A DNA stretch of 64,000 nucleotides from Lepidodermella squamata (Eukaryota > Animalia > Gastrotricha). Under the pieces are notes generated by a model. It made no database searches, was not told the origin of the DNA, and was given only the letters and a program-made list of their open reading frames with translations. A program made the position numbers and the translations under genes. Position 1 is the stretch's first letter, and every line of letters starts with the position of its first letter. Shown piece by piece: positions 61,509 to 64,000 of the stretch. The DNA lies in contig JBLDXI010000013.1 of assembly GCA_047495785.1 (NCBI GenBank), positions 3,720,001 through 3,784,000 on the forward strand, read 5' to 3'.

Positions 61509-63973
61509 ATGAAATCGGAAACAAAAATGAAGACTGTTTCGAGTAGGCGAAATTCTCGCAAACAAGTCGTGTCTGAAGTCGACGAGCAACAGGAAAATAT
61601 AAAATCATTTGACGAAAACCTTTCTGATGTTTCGTTGGAATCATGCAAGAGCGAAGATGACGACTGGGTCGACCGCGAAGAAAAGCAGGTTAGCTCTGCG
61701 GATAGCGGAGCTGTCTTATCCAAGAAATCTCCAGTAAAGCGATACGTGAAACAATCTCCTCGGAAAGATGAATATGAATACGATTCTTCGGATGAAGAGG
61801 TAGGTATTATTAGTCCCAATGACCCAAACACAATTTATTAATGCTCATTTGCTATCCAGGACATCCGAAATACCGTAGGAAACATTCCTCTTCAATGGTA
61901 TAAAACTTACGACCACATCGGTTACGACTGGTCCGGAAAGCGTATCCTCAAACCGAAATCGGCCGATGGAAGTTCGCTTAGCCGCGATCTTATCGATATT
62001 TTCATTTCCCGCATGGACGACCCGAACTTTTCACGAACTGTCATTGATCCCCAGACAGGTCAGGAAGTTACGCTATCCGATAAGGATCTCGAGCTCGTGC
62101 GAAATATTCAGCGAGGGAACTATCCAGATCTTAGTCACGACCCCTATGAGCCCTGGGTTGATTTGTATTCGCACGAAGTTGAGCAATTTCCAGCTGTCGA
62201 TGTTCCACCTAGCAAGCGTAGTTTCTTGCCATCTTTGGCGGACCGTGTCAAAATTGGCCGAATGGTTCATTCTATTAAAATGGGTTGGATGAAACCCCGA
62301 GGCGCCAAGCCGTTGTTTGCAACTGATCAGCAAGAGAAGTACTATTTGATGTGGCGTGACGGCGAGGAACCGGAAACCAACAAACACTACAAAACTCGCA
62401 TTCCAGCTCCGAAATTGCCGTTACCGCCCACGACTGAGTCTTACAACCCACCTGCTGAACACTTGTGGACACCTGAGGAGAAGGCGAAGTGGGAGAAAAC
62501 CGACCCAGAAGATCGTCGTCAAAATTACGTGCCTCAAAAATATAACTCGCTACGTCAAGTGCCGGCCTTCTCTCAGTTTATCCAAGAGCGCTTCCAACGC
62601 TGTCTTGATCTGTATTTGTGCCCACGTGCTACGAAAAATAAGACTCCAATTGATAATCCTGAGGATTTGTTGCCGAAATTGCCTCGACCCCGTGACCTGG
62701 AACCTTTCCCGAAAACAGTCAGTGTTACCTACACAGGTCACACGTCACTTGTTCGATCTGTCTCGCTCGATTACAGCGGTCAGTGGTTGGTATCTGGATC
62801 AGATGATGGCACAGTTCGTTTCTGGGAAGTTTCAACTGGACGTTGTATGCGAACTGTCACGTTAGCAAGCGGCAGTCCTGTTAAACAAGTGGCATACAAC
62901 CCGAATCCTCAACTTACCTTAGTTGCTGCTGTCGTGTAAGTTTTTAATCATAATCATTCATCTGATCGAAATTTTGGACTTTGCCTTTCCTGGTTAAGCG
63001 CAGGAAATGCCATCAAAAATGAGATAACTCCCACTGTTTTTTGTTGTTGTGCTTAAATCTTATCTCATCGGATGCTTTGCTGATTACTAATTATTCTAAG
63101 TGCGTGTCTGTTTATTCGTATAGCGGTAACGAGTTGGTGCTAATCAACGCGGGATTAGGAGATAAGGTGCTAGTCGAGGCGACCGCCTCGCTGTTTTCTG
63201 ATATCTCTCCATCGAAACCAGTTGTAGTCGAGGGAAACAACGCAAATGTAAAATGGAGCGTCCCTAAATCGTCGGCGAGTAGCGGCGGGGCTATTCTCAT
63301 GCGAATCGAGCACCAAAAAGAGATCGGACGTGTCGATTGGCATGCTAAGGGCGACTATTTCGTCGTAGCTATGCCCCAAGGCCTAAGTCAGTCGGTCTAC
63401 GTTCATCAAATGTCGAAACGGCGAACGCAGAACCCGTTCAAAAAGGCGAAGGGCATTGTTGGAAGTGCTTTATTCCACCCGACTAGGCCGCAACTGTTTG
63501 TGGTCACCCAGCAATCGATCCGGATCTATGATTTGTTGAAACAGCAGCTGTTGCGTAAATTAACTGCGAATTGCAAATGGATTTCTTCGGCCGAAATTCA
63601 CCCGAGTTCTGGCGATCACGTTTTAATTGGCAGCTACGATTGCCGGTTGAACTGGTTCGATTTGAACTTATCACCCAGGCCGTATCGAATGATTCGACCT
63701 CACCAATCTGCTGTTCGGCGTGTAACTTTCCACAAAAGGTACCCACTTTTTGCGTCGTGCTCTGACGACGGGTCGATTTTGGTCAGTCATGCGACTGTGG
63801 ATGATGATTTGCTCACAAATGCGACGATTGTTCCTTTACGAGTGCTGCGAAATGGTCACGATGTTGCGTCGGATAAGCATAATGGCTTAGGTGTGCTGGA
63901 TTGCGTCTTCCACCCCACACAACCGTGGTTGATTTCGAGCGGAGCTGACGGCAAAATTTGCCTGTGGACTTGA
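61509..63973 (+). CDS. BOP1: Ribosome biogenesis protein BOP1/Erb1 (exons about 61509-61799, 61860-62935, 63124-63973)
   Basis: DSSDEE|DIRNTVGNIP, ESYNPPAE, ERFQRCLDLYLCPR, PKLPRPRDLEPFP, WD40 repeats, FHPTQPWLISSGADG. Confidence 0.97.
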
Positions 63974-64000
63974 GAAAAGTCTCGCGCTGAGAAAAATTGT

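Noticed and set aside
1170-63765. Many short ORFs antisense to or overlapping the called genes (e.g. 1170, 4491, 28876, 50937, 62356)
   Set aside because: Shadow ORFs of real coding exons, with no independent evidence.

Overview
Eukaryotic (invertebrate animal) genomic DNA from a compact genome with mostly ~50-70 nt GT-AG introns; not prokaryotic, no CRISPR or rRNA. The window is rich in local gene duplications. Left third: a family of uncharacterised small multi-pass membrane proteins (7 apparently intact copies plus 1 pseudogene), three near-identical secreted single PAN/Apple-domain miniproteins, a divergent class C (GABA-B-like) GPCR, and an Apaf-1/CED-4-like CARD + NB-ARC protein that ends in ankyrin repeats and a tail anchor. 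Middle: a Cys-rich GPI-type surface protein, two tandem KH-like + RRM-like + NYN/Regnase RNases, and two tandem TRPC channels. Right third: FAM92/CIBAR (antisense tRNA-Thr in an intron), five intronless EXD3/MUT-7/Nibbler exonuclease paralogs only 53-168 bp apart with operon-like spacers, and BOP1. Two of the five paralogs carry a C-terminal dsRBD in place of the Mut7-C zinc ribbon. The best candidate for an undescribed system is this expanded small-RNA/RNA-defence toolkit (MUT-7 array with dsRBD fusions plus NYN RNases). All domain calls are by-eye motif recognition; no searches were run.
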